64,000 bases of DNA, taken from the IMG/VR virus record IMGVR_UViG_3300005611_000006; one strand, given 5' to 3'. The notes below the pieces were generated by a model. It did no database searches. It was given only the letters and a program-made list of their open reading frames with translations, and was not told the DNA's origin. This DNA comes from a virus (taxonomy: Duplodnaviria > Caudoviricetes). Each line of letters begins with the position of its first letter. Within the stretch, counting starts at the first letter, position 1. The position numbers and the translations under genes were made by a program. Below are positions 37,001 to 46,800 of this stretch, one piece after another.

Positions 37001-39369
37001 CATTTAATATACAAAGTATAAAGTTTTCTCAAAGTATTGAGAATTTATATCCTAAAATTGATGTTGATAATCTCATAGCAGATCCATTAGAATCTAGAAC
37101 AATTGCTTCTAACAAAACTATAGGAAAAGTTGAAATTAATGATGTTGAGAACAGTAGTACTAAAGAATCTACAATTGAATTTCTGAGGGATTATGGATTA
37201 GCAAATCAAATTACTCAGATAAGTGTAACAGGATCAACTTGTACAGTAACTACAAATATTAATCACGGATTGAGGGGAATTCAGCAACTTGCAGTTCAAT
37301 CTGCAGGGTCTGGATTTGTAAATGGAACTTGGTATGATATACCAGTTTGTCCCTATGATGGGTCTACTCAAGGTAGAGGTGCCAAAGTTAACGTAACTGT
37401 AAGTGGTGGAGTAGTAGCTTCCGCAAGTGTATCATATCCTGGAAGTGGATATGACCCTGGAAGTCTTGTTAGAATAAAGGGAATTCCACATACAGCAACA
37501 GATGGAGCAGAAGCTGCATTGGAAGTTGCTTCTGTGTTAAATAATACTCTTGATGGTATTCAAATATTTAATTCATTAAATCCTGAAAATAATGGATTTT
37601 TTGAGATTACAAGTGTAACTCCAAATACTATTGTATATGAAAATTCATCTGCAGTAGAAGAAACTATTTCAACTGCAATTTTTATTCCATCAGGAGTAAG
37701 AAATGCTGTTTCCAATTTTTCTTCTGGGACAAGGGTAGTTACAACGAGTTCTCCAAATTCGCTTTCTGTAGGAAATAAGGTTTATTTTTCATCACTCCCT
37801 GGTCAATCATTTAATGTCGTTTCCGTATTATCATCAACTAGTTTCAAAATTGATGGGACTTCTGATCCATCAGTAGCTGACAACTTATATGAAATTTCAC
37901 TATCCACATCATTAAGAGATAGTAATTCTTCTGCTGAAAATTTAAAATCTAGACAGTATTCATTCTTCACTGGAATTTCTGCTAGAACTAGAAATAATAG
38001 TGCCGGTGAAATTAGTTCCACTGATTCTGCTGTAAGACTAGTAAGCACTATAGGATTTTTTGTAGGAGACTTCATTCAAATTGATGAAGAAATTATGTAT
38101 GTCACTTCTGTGGCAGGATCTAATTTAAATATTAGTAGAGGATTATTTAATACAAAACCAGTTTTTCATATTAGAAATTCTATAGTTAGAAAACTAAATC
38201 CAATTCCAATAGAACTGAGAAGAAACTCAATTCTTCGTGCTTCTGGACATACTTTTGAGTACACTGGATATGGTCCAGGAAATTATTCTACAGGAATGCC
38301 AACAAATCAGGATAGAGTTTTAAGTGACGATGAAGTTTTAATTTCTCAGTCTTTACCCAGTAAGGGTGGATTAGTCTTATATACTGGAATGAATAGTGAT
38401 GGAGAATTTTTTATTGGTAAAAAGAAAATTAATGCCTTAACTGGAGAAGAAGTTTTATTGTCAGTACCTTTATCTGAAGATATTACAGAAAGAACTTTTT
38501 CAAATACTTTAGATGTCACTAAACTTACAGTAAATAGGGAATTAGATGCTTCTACTGCAAAAATTACTGCAAAAACTATAGAGGTTTTAGAATCAATTAC
38601 TACTGAAGATATAACTATCAATGGAGACTTTAATATAGATTCAATTGATGTTAATGATATAAATGGAAATACTTTAACTATTGGTTCTTCTCCAGGTATA
38701 ACAACAATTTCTAATGGAACTGTTGATACTAATACAGTAGATTCTGATACAGTAAATTCTACTACAGTAAATGCTACTACAGTAAATTCTACTACAGTAG
38801 GAGTTACTACATTAAATGCTACTACAGTAGGCGTTACTACAGTAAATGCTACTACAGTAAATGCTACTACTTTTGTCGGAAAGGGAACGATTCCAATTGG
38901 TGGAATTATTATGTGGTCTGGAACTCAAGCAGAACTTGACGAAATACCCGAATGGAAACTTTGTGATGGTGATGATGGAACTCCTGATTTGAGAAATAGA
39001 TTTATTGTTGCTGCTGCTACTATTAGTAAAAGCGGAACTACTTCTCAAACAGGTTCTGATCCTTATGATCCAGGTGATACTGGTGGTAATGCTAATGCGA
39101 TTGTTCCTCCCCATTATCATTTCATTGCCGCTAATACTGGAGCAACTTCTGGTGAAGATGGAAAGGATCCACTAACAGACACGCAATTTGTTTCTGATGT
39201 GGGATTTGGTGGAGAATCAGAACTTGATGAATATCGTGATTATGTATTAGAAACTTCGAATGATGAAGCGAATGTTGGAAGATCAAGTGGACCATTTCCA
39301 TCTGATGATGGTGCAAATGCAAACTTACCACCATATTATGCACTTGCATTTATTATGAGAATATCATAA
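34072..39369 (+). CDS. Large virion structural protein with a C-terminal tail-collar-like domain
   Basis: RPFKTIQRAL N-terminal motif, beta-rich body, PIGGIIMWSG..TPDLRNRF..PPYYALAFIM; GATAAATA at 34032. Confidence 0.8.
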   Translation: MALARLENFLKNLSGTVLYVDPGQLDSTDSIDNRGNSALRPFKTIQRALLEAVRFSYVSGVNNDIFNQTTILLSPGNHFIDNRPGHYVDGSTIKTFSGSVSSIPELSLETNFDIDDPQNVLYTYNSIEGGVIVPRGVSIVAEDIRKTKIRPKYVPNPNDDLIDRSAIFRLTGACYIFGFSILDGDPNGTVFSSPSSLAKVVPAYSHHKLTAFEYADGKNKQTKGGVNLDKTDLDIYYYKVSLGYGNAAGSPIIVDGYDNLQPNPEENKIVGDLGQGSIQISDIIAGDGGSNGTNVITVTTSVDHGLSPFASILISNVGSDDQQRAEYNGPFTVAQVISDTEFTYRVPSTPLSSLNPDVVIGDDGSSVSIVSDTVSSASPYVFNCSLRSVFGMCGLHADGSKATGFKSIVTAQFTGISLQKDDRAFVLYDEDTGTYQYQDAYGTSKFLHQDSRSTYRPEWENFHVKSSNNAFIQCVSIFAIGYAKQFVSESGGDQSITNSNSNFGAISLFSNGFRDYSLSKDNCGYITHIIPPKEISSIEDQIRCITIDSSLTSSEASSNGNTRVYLKDYTSLLDPPDSKFRGFTIGAKDSDKIFYNSSGTEYSATISPNYKLEFNITDIDPLTGYITLLEPFDIGTETGISTSQKVRIVSKNGIIPDGLESNKVYFINSDIIPSNVKISSNLLNSSGGPIVDIKNQNGASTGNLKLVSKVNDRSPNDVSSPIKWDESNNQWYIQIESNSQFISSLSQDFIFYLKRNIDTRSEDDKSYRARIVIPKEFENASEPTTGFIIQNTSSDLFEEYSTEATLTSLSQFRNKNIIIDAWESSGTAHVITKNPHRLSSNNLVEIYNLKSDNEPNPVGLGSGTGFNGSFRVSSVESETEFTYSLPSGVNPGGISTYSSSSQTWLDEGNCDSSTYRVPPYTIDSNSRNNLPYFVCKEVSSAYQCYKIDTIQEFSPGSSDGVYYATLNAFKNTPSESPFNIQSIKFSQSIENLYPKIDVDNLIADPLESRTIASNKTIGKVEINDVENSSTKESTIEFLRDYGLANQITQISVTGSTCTVTTNINHGLRGIQQLAVQSAGSGFVNGTWYDIPVCPYDGSTQGRGAKVNVTVSGGVVASASVSYPGSGYDPGSLVRIKGIPHTATDGAEAALEVASVLNNTLDGIQIFNSLNPENNGFFEITSVTPNTIVYENSSAVEETISTAIFIPSGVRNAVSNFSSGTRVVTTSSPNSLSVGNKVYFSSLPGQSFNVVSVLSSTSFKIDGTSDPSVADNLYEISLSTSLRDSNSSAENLKSRQYSFFTGISARTRNNSAGEISSTDSAVRLVSTIGFFVGDFIQIDEEIMYVTSVAGSNLNISRGLFNTKPVFHIRNSIVRKLNPIPIELRRNSILRASGHTFEYTGYGPGNYSTGMPTNQDRVLSDDEVLISQSLPSKGGLVLYTGMNSDGEFFIGKKKINALTGEEVLLSVPLSEDITERTFSNTLDVTKLTVNRELDASTAKITAKTIEVLESITTEDITINGDFNIDSIDVNDINGNTLTIGSSPGITTISNGTVDTNTVDSDTVNSTTVNATTVNSTTVGVTTLNATTVGVTTVNATTVNATTFVGKGTIPIGGIIMWSGTQAELDEIPEWKLCDGDDGTPDLRNRFIVAAATISKSGTTSQTGSDPYDPGDTGGNANAIVPPHYHFIAANTGATSGEDGKDPLTDTQFVSDVGFGGESELDEYRDYVLETSNDEANVGRSSGPFPSDDGANANLPPYYALAFIMRIS
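38720..38870 (+). repeat. 15-bp tandem coding repeat (NATTV/NSTTV/GVTTV)
   Basis: Recurrent ACTACAGTAAATGCT units. Confidence 0.8.
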
Positions 39370-39398
39370 ATACCTCTATAGTGGAGCAGTAGAATTAA

Positions 39399-42300
39399 AT
39401 GTCAATACTAGACAATTTTTTCAAAGTTAAAGTTGGTTTAGGTGTTGGAACAGATACACTATATGCAAATGCTGTAGAAAAAAATATTGCTATAGGTGGA
39501 ACTTCAGCAGACTATAAACTAGATGTTTATGGAACTGTATATAGTGATAGAGATGTATTGGTCAGTCGTGATGTTGGAATTGGGACAACAGCACCTATTC
39601 ATGAATTAGACGTAAGAGGTGTTGGAATAATTTCTAGTAGGATTGGAATTGGAACCACTAATCCTGAACAAGTTTTACAAATAGGAACTGGAAGTTCTAT
39701 AATTGTAGCTACAGGTTTTGGAAGTTTTGGAATAGGAGTTTTAAATCCTGTACAAAATTTTCAAGTTGGATCTGGATCATCAGTAGTAGTTGTTACTGGG
39801 GTTGGTTCAATTGGTATTCGTACTGAAACGCCAACTTATGATTTTCAATTAATTTCTAGCCAAAGTTCAAGTGATTTTGTAATTACTGGACTTGGATCAG
39901 TTGGTATTAATACATTTTTTCCAAATTTTAATTTAGATATTGCAGGGGACTTAAGAGTTACTGGATTCGCTACAATCAATAATGAATTTGTAGGTGTTTC
40001 AACAATTGGATTTGCTTCAATTACTAATGAACTTGTAGGTGTTTCCACAATTGGATTCGCTACGATTACTAATGAATTTGTAGGTGTTTCCACAATTGGA
40101 TTTGCTTCAATTACTAATGAATTTGTAGGTGTTTCCACAATTGGATTTGCAACTATTACTGATGCTTATATAGGAGTTGCTACTGTAGGATTTGCAACTA
40201 TTACTAATGAATTTGTAGGTGTCTCTACTATTGGATTCGCTACTATTACTGATGCATTCATTGGAGTTGCTACTGTAGGATTCGCTACGATTACTAATGA
40301 ATTTGTAGGTGTTTCAACAATTGGATTTGCAACTATTACTGATGCTTATATAGGAGTTGCTACTGTAGGATTTGCAACTATTACTGATGCTTATATAGGA
40401 GTTGCTACTGTAGGAATTGCTACTATAGAAAGAGAAAAAGTAGTTGTTTCTGAAATTGAAAATCTTCTTGTTACTGGAATTACAACTACAGCAAAGTTAG
40501 ATGTTGGTATTGGTGCTACCTTAGCTAAATTTGAAAGTCTTGGAATTACTTCAGTTTATTCTTTAGATAATACGTTAATAAAAAATATTGAGCCAATTGT
40601 TGGTATTGGAACAACAATACCAACTAGAACCTTAGATATTGCAGGAGACTTAAGAGTTCGTGGTGAAATACTTGACGCAAATAATCAAGTTGGATTTGCT
40701 TATTCCGTTCTTTCTTCAAGTGGAGCTCCAGGAATTACTGATAGATTTGTTGATGGTGCAAATTTATTAATAAGAAATAAGAATTTTATTACTGAAGAAA
40801 TTGTAGGATTTATTACAGCAACTGATGGACCATTTGGAATTTATGGACCAAACTTTGATTATGGTCCAGTCGGAGTAGAAACTGGACGAGCAAAATGTAA
40901 AAGAGATCTTGGTATTATTATTGATGCAATTGCTTTTGATATTACTAGAGGAGGAAACTCTCAATCTGTTGGAGCAGGAATATCATATACTTTAGGAAAT
41001 TACTTAGAATCAAGTAATCCCGCACCAACTGGATTAGATGGATATGCTGGAGGATATGTAAAGTTTGCAACACTTGCTGGAATTAGTTCTATATCACATA
41101 TAGCACAATATGTTATTAATAACTCTCCACTTCCTAGATCACATCAATCTGGAGTTGGAAGTATTACACAATTAGTTGATACTGAAATTCTTCCAGATGG
41201 TGATAGTAATACAAATTATCAAGGTTGTGCAAATGTTGCATCAGCAATTCATACCACAGTAGGAATTGTAACGACTATTATAGAAAATAACGGAATTAAT
41301 GGTACTGGAATTAGTACAAACTATCCTTCAGGAGAATTAGAGTGGAAACCACCAGGACCTTTAATTGGAAATGAGTGGTTTGTTAATAAATTTGGTAGTG
41401 ATTCAAACAATGGGGATAGTCCAGGAAATGCTTTCTTAACTATCAAAAAAGCAGCATCAGTTGCAGAACCTGGTGATACAATTAGAATCTATGCTGGTCT
41501 ATACATTGAAGATGGTCCAATCTCTCTATCCGAAAGAGTTGCTGTTGTTGGAGAAGATCTTAGAAGAACTCTTGTTACAACTAAAGATAAAACAGATTTG
41601 TATTATGTTAAGAGAGGATGCTATGTAGCGCAGCAATCCTTTGTAGGTGAAAGTAATCCAGGCAAAGCGATGGTTTCATTCCCAACACAGGGATTTGGAT
41701 TTGCTGATGGAACAGAACAAAATTGGCAATCACCATATATTCAAAATTGCACTAATTTTGTTCCAGATAGTATTGGAATGAGAATTGATGGTTCCCGTGC
41801 TGGTGGATTTAAGTCAATGGTTCTTGATGCGTATACACAATATAATCAAGGTGGAATTGGTGTTTCAATTACTAACTTTGGATATGCTCAATTAGTTTCT
41901 CTATTTACTATTTGTTGTGATACTGCGGTTTTTTGTGATAGTGGTGGGGTTTGTGATTTAAACAATAGTAACTCTAGTTTTGGAAATTTCGGTCTTGTTT
42001 CAAATGGGGCAACTCCATTACAATATATTGGAGAAGTAACTAATGTACCTGATGTAGATAATATTGATAGTATTACAATTAATGTTGGTGCTGGAGCATC
42101 TCAAGAATTTATTGATTCTGTAGATCTTCTTCGTTTAAACAAAGATTTTATTGCATCTGAAGTTGTAGGATTTATAACAAGTTCAGACGGTCCTTTTGGT
42201 GCTGCTGGTACTAATTTTGATTATGGTGGTTCTAAAAAAGGAAGAGAACTTTGCAGGAGAGACTCTAAAATAATTATTGAAAAAATTGCCTCAGATATCT

Positions 42301-43379
42301 TGACTCTTGGAAATGGAAATTCAATTGAAGCAGGACTTGCATATAGAGATTCTGATGATGGATCTTTAACTTATCTTGGAGAGACATCTCCTCCACCAGT
42401 AGGATTTAATACTGGATATGTAAAAGATGCTGAAATTGCAGCAATTGAATATCTTGCTGGAATATCTACATTTATCGTTCAGAATATAAGTGTTCCAACT
42501 GTATATCAATCTGGTGTGGGAACATTTGCTCAAGTTAAAGATGAATCTAAAACTTATTCAGCAGGAATAAATGATTTCATAGAATCTAGATCTGGAATTA
42601 TTACTAGTATTATTGGAATTGGTACAACAGCAGCACCAACATTAATTCTTCCAAAAGGTCAAAGACCTTATAATGGTCAAATTTCAGTTATTGATACTCA
42701 ATACTATTTTGTAAGTTCTATTAGACTTACAAATCCAGGATCTGGATATGATCCAAATATACCAGTTGAAGTTATTATAGATCTTCCTTCTGATCCTAAC
42801 TTCTTTATTCCAGCAGAAGCTGTTGTTACTGAAGGTAATATTTCTAGTTCTGGGGGAATTATATCAATTGATGTTCTTGTGTCTGGGACTGGATATGATA
42901 TTAGTGATCTTCCACAAGTTACAATTTCCGATCCTCCTGGAGGAGGAATTACTGCAGAGGCAGAGGTTGTACTTGAAAAATTATTTTTCCGCCCAACAGG
43001 ATCTACTCCTGTTTCTGCTGGAGGAACAACAACTGTAACTTTTGATGAATTTATTACTTATCCAGTAAGTATTGGAGCAAGTGTTTTATTTTTCCAGTCT
43101 AGTAAAATTATTGCAAGTAGTATTACATTTGAATATGTTGGAACTGGTATAAATATTGTTGATGCTATACCTTCAAAAGGAGCAGTTCCAATTACTGAAA
43201 ATGAAATTGTTGCTACAAATGGTGGTCAAATACCATTTACAAGCACAGATCAAGGAGGAAATTTTAAAATTAGTGAAGGTATTACTATTAACCAAAATAC
43301 TGGAACAATTAGTGGGCAAGCATTTAGTAAAAGTTTGCAAGCAGAAGTTACTCCATTAATTATCGCACTTCAACAATAA
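39399..43379 (+). CDS. Large virion structural protein: 10-aa repeats, two helical C-x-R-D domains and a beta-helix
   Basis: GIGT repeats; AFLTIKKA..GDTI...G.Y.E and SPYIQNCT beta-helix motifs; late-type CATAAATA at 39365. Confidence 0.8.
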   Translation: MSILDNFFKVKVGLGVGTDTLYANAVEKNIAIGGTSADYKLDVYGTVYSDRDVLVSRDVGIGTTAPIHELDVRGVGIISSRIGIGTTNPEQVLQIGTGSSIIVATGFGSFGIGVLNPVQNFQVGSGSSVVVVTGVGSIGIRTETPTYDFQLISSQSSSDFVITGLGSVGINTFFPNFNLDIAGDLRVTGFATINNEFVGVSTIGFASITNELVGVSTIGFATITNEFVGVSTIGFASITNEFVGVSTIGFATITDAYIGVATVGFATITNEFVGVSTIGFATITDAFIGVATVGFATITNEFVGVSTIGFATITDAYIGVATVGFATITDAYIGVATVGIATIEREKVVVSEIENLLVTGITTTAKLDVGIGATLAKFESLGITSVYSLDNTLIKNIEPIVGIGTTIPTRTLDIAGDLRVRGEILDANNQVGFAYSVLSSSGAPGITDRFVDGANLLIRNKNFITEEIVGFITATDGPFGIYGPNFDYGPVGVETGRAKCKRDLGIIIDAIAFDITRGGNSQSVGAGISYTLGNYLESSNPAPTGLDGYAGGYVKFATLAGISSISHIAQYVINNSPLPRSHQSGVGSITQLVDTEILPDGDSNTNYQGCANVASAIHTTVGIVTTIIENNGINGTGISTNYPSGELEWKPPGPLIGNEWFVNKFGSDSNNGDSPGNAFLTIKKAASVAEPGDTIRIYAGLYIEDGPISLSERVAVVGEDLRRTLVTTKDKTDLYYVKRGCYVAQQSFVGESNPGKAMVSFPTQGFGFADGTEQNWQSPYIQNCTNFVPDSIGMRIDGSRAGGFKSMVLDAYTQYNQGGIGVSITNFGYAQLVSLFTICCDTAVFCDSGGVCDLNNSNSSFGNFGLVSNGATPLQYIGEVTNVPDVDNIDSITINVGAGASQEFIDSVDLLRLNKDFIASEVVGFITSSDGPFGAAGTNFDYGGSKKGRELCRRDSKIIIEKIASDILTLGNGNSIEAGLAYRDSDDGSLTYLGETSPPPVGFNTGYVKDAEIAAIEYLAGISTFIVQNISVPTVYQSGVGTFAQVKDESKTYSAGINDFIESRSGIITSIIGIGTTAAPTLILPKGQRPYNGQISVIDTQYYFVSSIRLTNPGSGYDPNIPVEVIIDLPSDPNFFIPAEAVVTEGNISSSGGIISIDVLVSGTGYDISDLPQVTISDPPGGGITAEAEVVLEKLFFRPTGSTPVSAGGTTTVTFDEFITYPVSIGASVLFFQSSKIIASSITFEYVGTGINIVDAIPSKGAVPITENEIVATNGGQIPFTSTDQGGNFKISEGITINQNTGTISGQAFSKSLQAEVTPLIIALQQ
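39960..40430 (+). repeat. 30-bp tandem coding repeat (GFATITNEFV/GVSTI.. and GFATITDAYI/GVATV..)
   Basis: Near-identical ATTACTAATGAATTTGTAGGTGTTTCCACAATTGGA units. Confidence 0.85.
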
Positions 43380-43385
43380 ACAATT

Positions 43386-43769
43386 ATGGCACAATTACCT
43401 CTAAATCAATATAGGACAATCACTGGAATTGCAGAAACTACTAATGTAGGAATATATACAACAAAAACTGGTTATACTAGCGTCGTACTTTATGCTCAAG
43501 TAGCAAATACTGGATTAGGAATTGGAACTATAAGTTTTTATCATCAAAGAGATACGAGATCAGGTGGTGGTGGAATTACAACAGAAACCACAGAATTAAT
43601 TTATAATGTTCAGGTTCCACCTAATGATGCAGTAGTTTTACTTGATGGTAGATTAGTTTTAGAAAAAACAGCACTAAAGACTGATAGTCTTAGGTTAGTT
43701 GGTGTATCATCAACTAATCCAAATCATCTTAAATATACTGTCAGTATATTAGAAACTTTAAATCAATAA
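43386..43769 (+). CDS. Hypothetical virion protein
   Basis: 127 aa, beta-rich, within the structural operon. Confidence 0.75.
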   Translation: MAQLPLNQYRTITGIAETTNVGIYTTKTGYTSVVLYAQVANTGLGIGTISFYHQRDTRSGGGGITTETTELIYNVQVPPNDAVVLLDGRLVLEKTALKTDSLRLVGVSSTNPNHLKYTVSILETLNQ

Positions 43770-43806
43770 TAAATAACTTTAACTAGGGGGATAGTGGAAC
43801 CCAAAA

Positions 43807-46800
43807 ATGGCAAGATACCTAAGCAAAAGAGTTTCAAGAACACCACAGTCAAGATTAACCTCTGATAGATATCAATTTCTTGGGTTAAATCAAGCTGAAC
43901 CTAATTTAGGAGATCCTCCTGGAGTAGAAATTCCTATTGGTCAGCAATATATGGTAGTTAGTTTAACTAACTATCCAGGTGAAAGATATTGGGTTCCTGT
44001 TCCTCCCGGAATTGTTGAGCTTGGAATTACCGTAAGAGATGAAGGTAATATTATTGGTGGATTATCTGGAATTGGATCTATTACTCAATTAAATTTTGTT
44101 GGCCCAGGAGTTACTGTAACAGGGGTTGTAACTGAAGGATTAGGTATTGCAACAGTTACTGTAGAAGCTGTTAATTCAGTAGCAGATGAACCAGTAGATG
44201 CCTTTCCGAGATTTATTGGATTTACAAGTGTTAGATCTGGTTCTGCTGTAACATCATTTGATATTGCTCCAGATACTTTAGTATTCATTCCAAATACACA
44301 AAATCTTGGTATTGGTTCAACCCAACCTCAATATGCGATTGATGTTGGGTTATCTACTGTCAGAATTCAAGGGGATATTGCAGATAAGTTTGGTGATATA
44401 GGAACTGGGTTATATTTAAAAGCGTTAGGTCCTGGATTAGGTGTTACCTGGGCTACAGCGATTGGACCTCAAGGTCTTCAAGGTATACAAGGTATTCAGG
44501 GAACACAAGGTCTTCAGGGAATACAGGGAATAACTGGGGAACAAGGTCTTCAAGGAATTCAGGGAACTCAAGGGATTCAAGGTTCTCAGGGAATTCAGGG
44601 AATTCAAGGAATTATTGGTCCTCAAGGTTTTCAGGGAAATCAAGGAATTCAAGGAATTCAAGGAGATTTAGGACCACAGGGAACTCAAGGATCTCAAGGA
44701 CCTCAAGGAATCCAAGGAATTCAAGGTGAACAGGGAATTCAAGGTATTCAAGGAATTCAAGGTGAACAGGGAATTCAAGGAATCCAAGGAATTCAAGGTT
44801 CTCAAGGAACTCAAGGAACTCAAGGAATTCAAGGTATTGCTGGAGAAGGAAATCAAGGTCTACAAGGAATTCAAGGTAGACAGGGAATTCAAGGTAGACA
44901 AGGAACTCAAGGAATTCAAGGTATTGCTGGAGATCAAGGAAATCAAGGGACTCAAGGTAGGCAAGGATCCCAAGGATCACAAGGTAGACAGGGAATTCAA
45001 GGTATTGCTGGAGAAGGAAATCAAGGTTTACAGGGTACACAAGGAATTCAAGGTAGGCAAGGTCTACAAGGAATTCAAGGTTCAGGAGCTCAAGGTTTTC
45101 AAGGTAGACAAGGTAGGCAAGGTCTACAAGGAAGACAGGGAATTCAAGGTGAAATAGGAGCTGGTCTACAAGGAATCCAAGGAATTCAAGGAGTTCAAGG
45201 AATTCAAGGAGTTTCTGGGACAGGTGGAACTCAAGGATCTCAGGGAATTCAAGGTATTCAGGGTGAAATAGGATCCCAAGGAATTCAAGGAATTCAAGGA
45301 ATTCAAGGAATTCAAGGAAGGCAGGGTCTTCAAGGTGGTGCTGGAGAAGGTGGAACTCAAGGTCTTCAAGGAATTCAAGGTGAACAAGGAACTCAAGGAA
45401 TTCAAGGAACTCAAGGAACTCAAGGAATTCAAGGAATCCAAGGCGAACTAGGAGAACAAGGAATTCAAGGAATTCAAGGAATTTCTGGGTCAGGTGGAAC
45501 TCAAGGATCACAAGGAACTCAAGGAATTCAAGGAAGACAAGGAATTCAAGGTGAAACTGGACTTCAAGGTACTCAAGGAATTCAAGGAATTCAAGGAAGA
45601 CAAGGATCACAAGGAATTCAAGGTGAACTAGGAGAACAAGGAGTTCAAGGAATTCAAGGTGGTCCTGGAGAAGGTGGAATTCAAGGATCTCAAGGAATTC
45701 AAGGAATTCAAGGAATCCAAGGAATTCAGGGTAGACAAGGAACTCAAGGAATTCAGGGTAGACAAGGAACTCAAGGAACTCAAGGAACTAATGGAACTTC
45801 TGTAACAATTGTTGGAACTTTAGCTCTTACTCCAGGCAATGAGCAAGCAGAACTTAATGCAGTTTCAAATCCTTGGTATCCACCCTCAGCTGGAGATGGT
45901 GTTATAGATTCTAATACTGGAGATCTTTGGGTTTATGACGGTTCTGTTTGGAACAATGTAGGACAGATTCAAGGAGATGATGGAGCTCAAGGTATCCAAG
46001 GAATTCAAGGAATTCAAGGAATTCAAGGAACTCAAGGAATTCAAGGAATTCAAGGTGGTGCTGGAGAAGGTGGAACTCAAGGTGCTCAAGGTAGACAAGG
46101 AATTCAAGGAATACAAGGAATTCAAGGAAGGCAAGGAAGACAAGGAATTCAAGGAGATCAAGGAGATATAGGAACTCAAGGTGCTCAAGGTAGACAAGGT
46201 AGACAAGGTAGACAAGGAATTCAAGGAGATCAAGGAGATCAGGGTATTCAAGGTTTCCAAGGAACTTCTGGATCAGGTGGAACTCAAGGTGCTCAAGGTA
46301 GACAAGGAATTCAAGGTAGACAAGGAATTCAAGGAAGGCAAGGAAGACAAGGAATTCAAGGAGATCAAGGAGATATAGGAACTCAAGGTTTTCAGGGAAA
46401 TCAAGGAAGGCAAGGTAGACAAGGAATTCAAGGAATACAGGGCAGACAAGGTAGACAAGGTAGACAGGGAATTTCTGGAACGGGCGGAAGTCAAGGAATT
46501 CAGGGAATACAAGGAATTCAAGGTAGACAAGGTTTTCAAGGTAGACAAGGTAGACAAGGACTCACTGGAACTGGTGATCAGGGAACTCAAGGTATACAAG
46601 GAATTCAAGGTAGACAAGGTAGACAAGGAATTTCTGGAACTGGTAATCAGGGAGCTCAAGGAACTAAAGGCGATAGAGGTAATCAAGGTAGACAAGGAAT
46701 TCAAGGAATCTCTGGAGAAGGAAATCAAGGTTTACAAGGAATTCAAGGTAGACAAGGTAGACAAGGTAGACAGGGAATTTCTGGATCAATAGGTCTTCAA

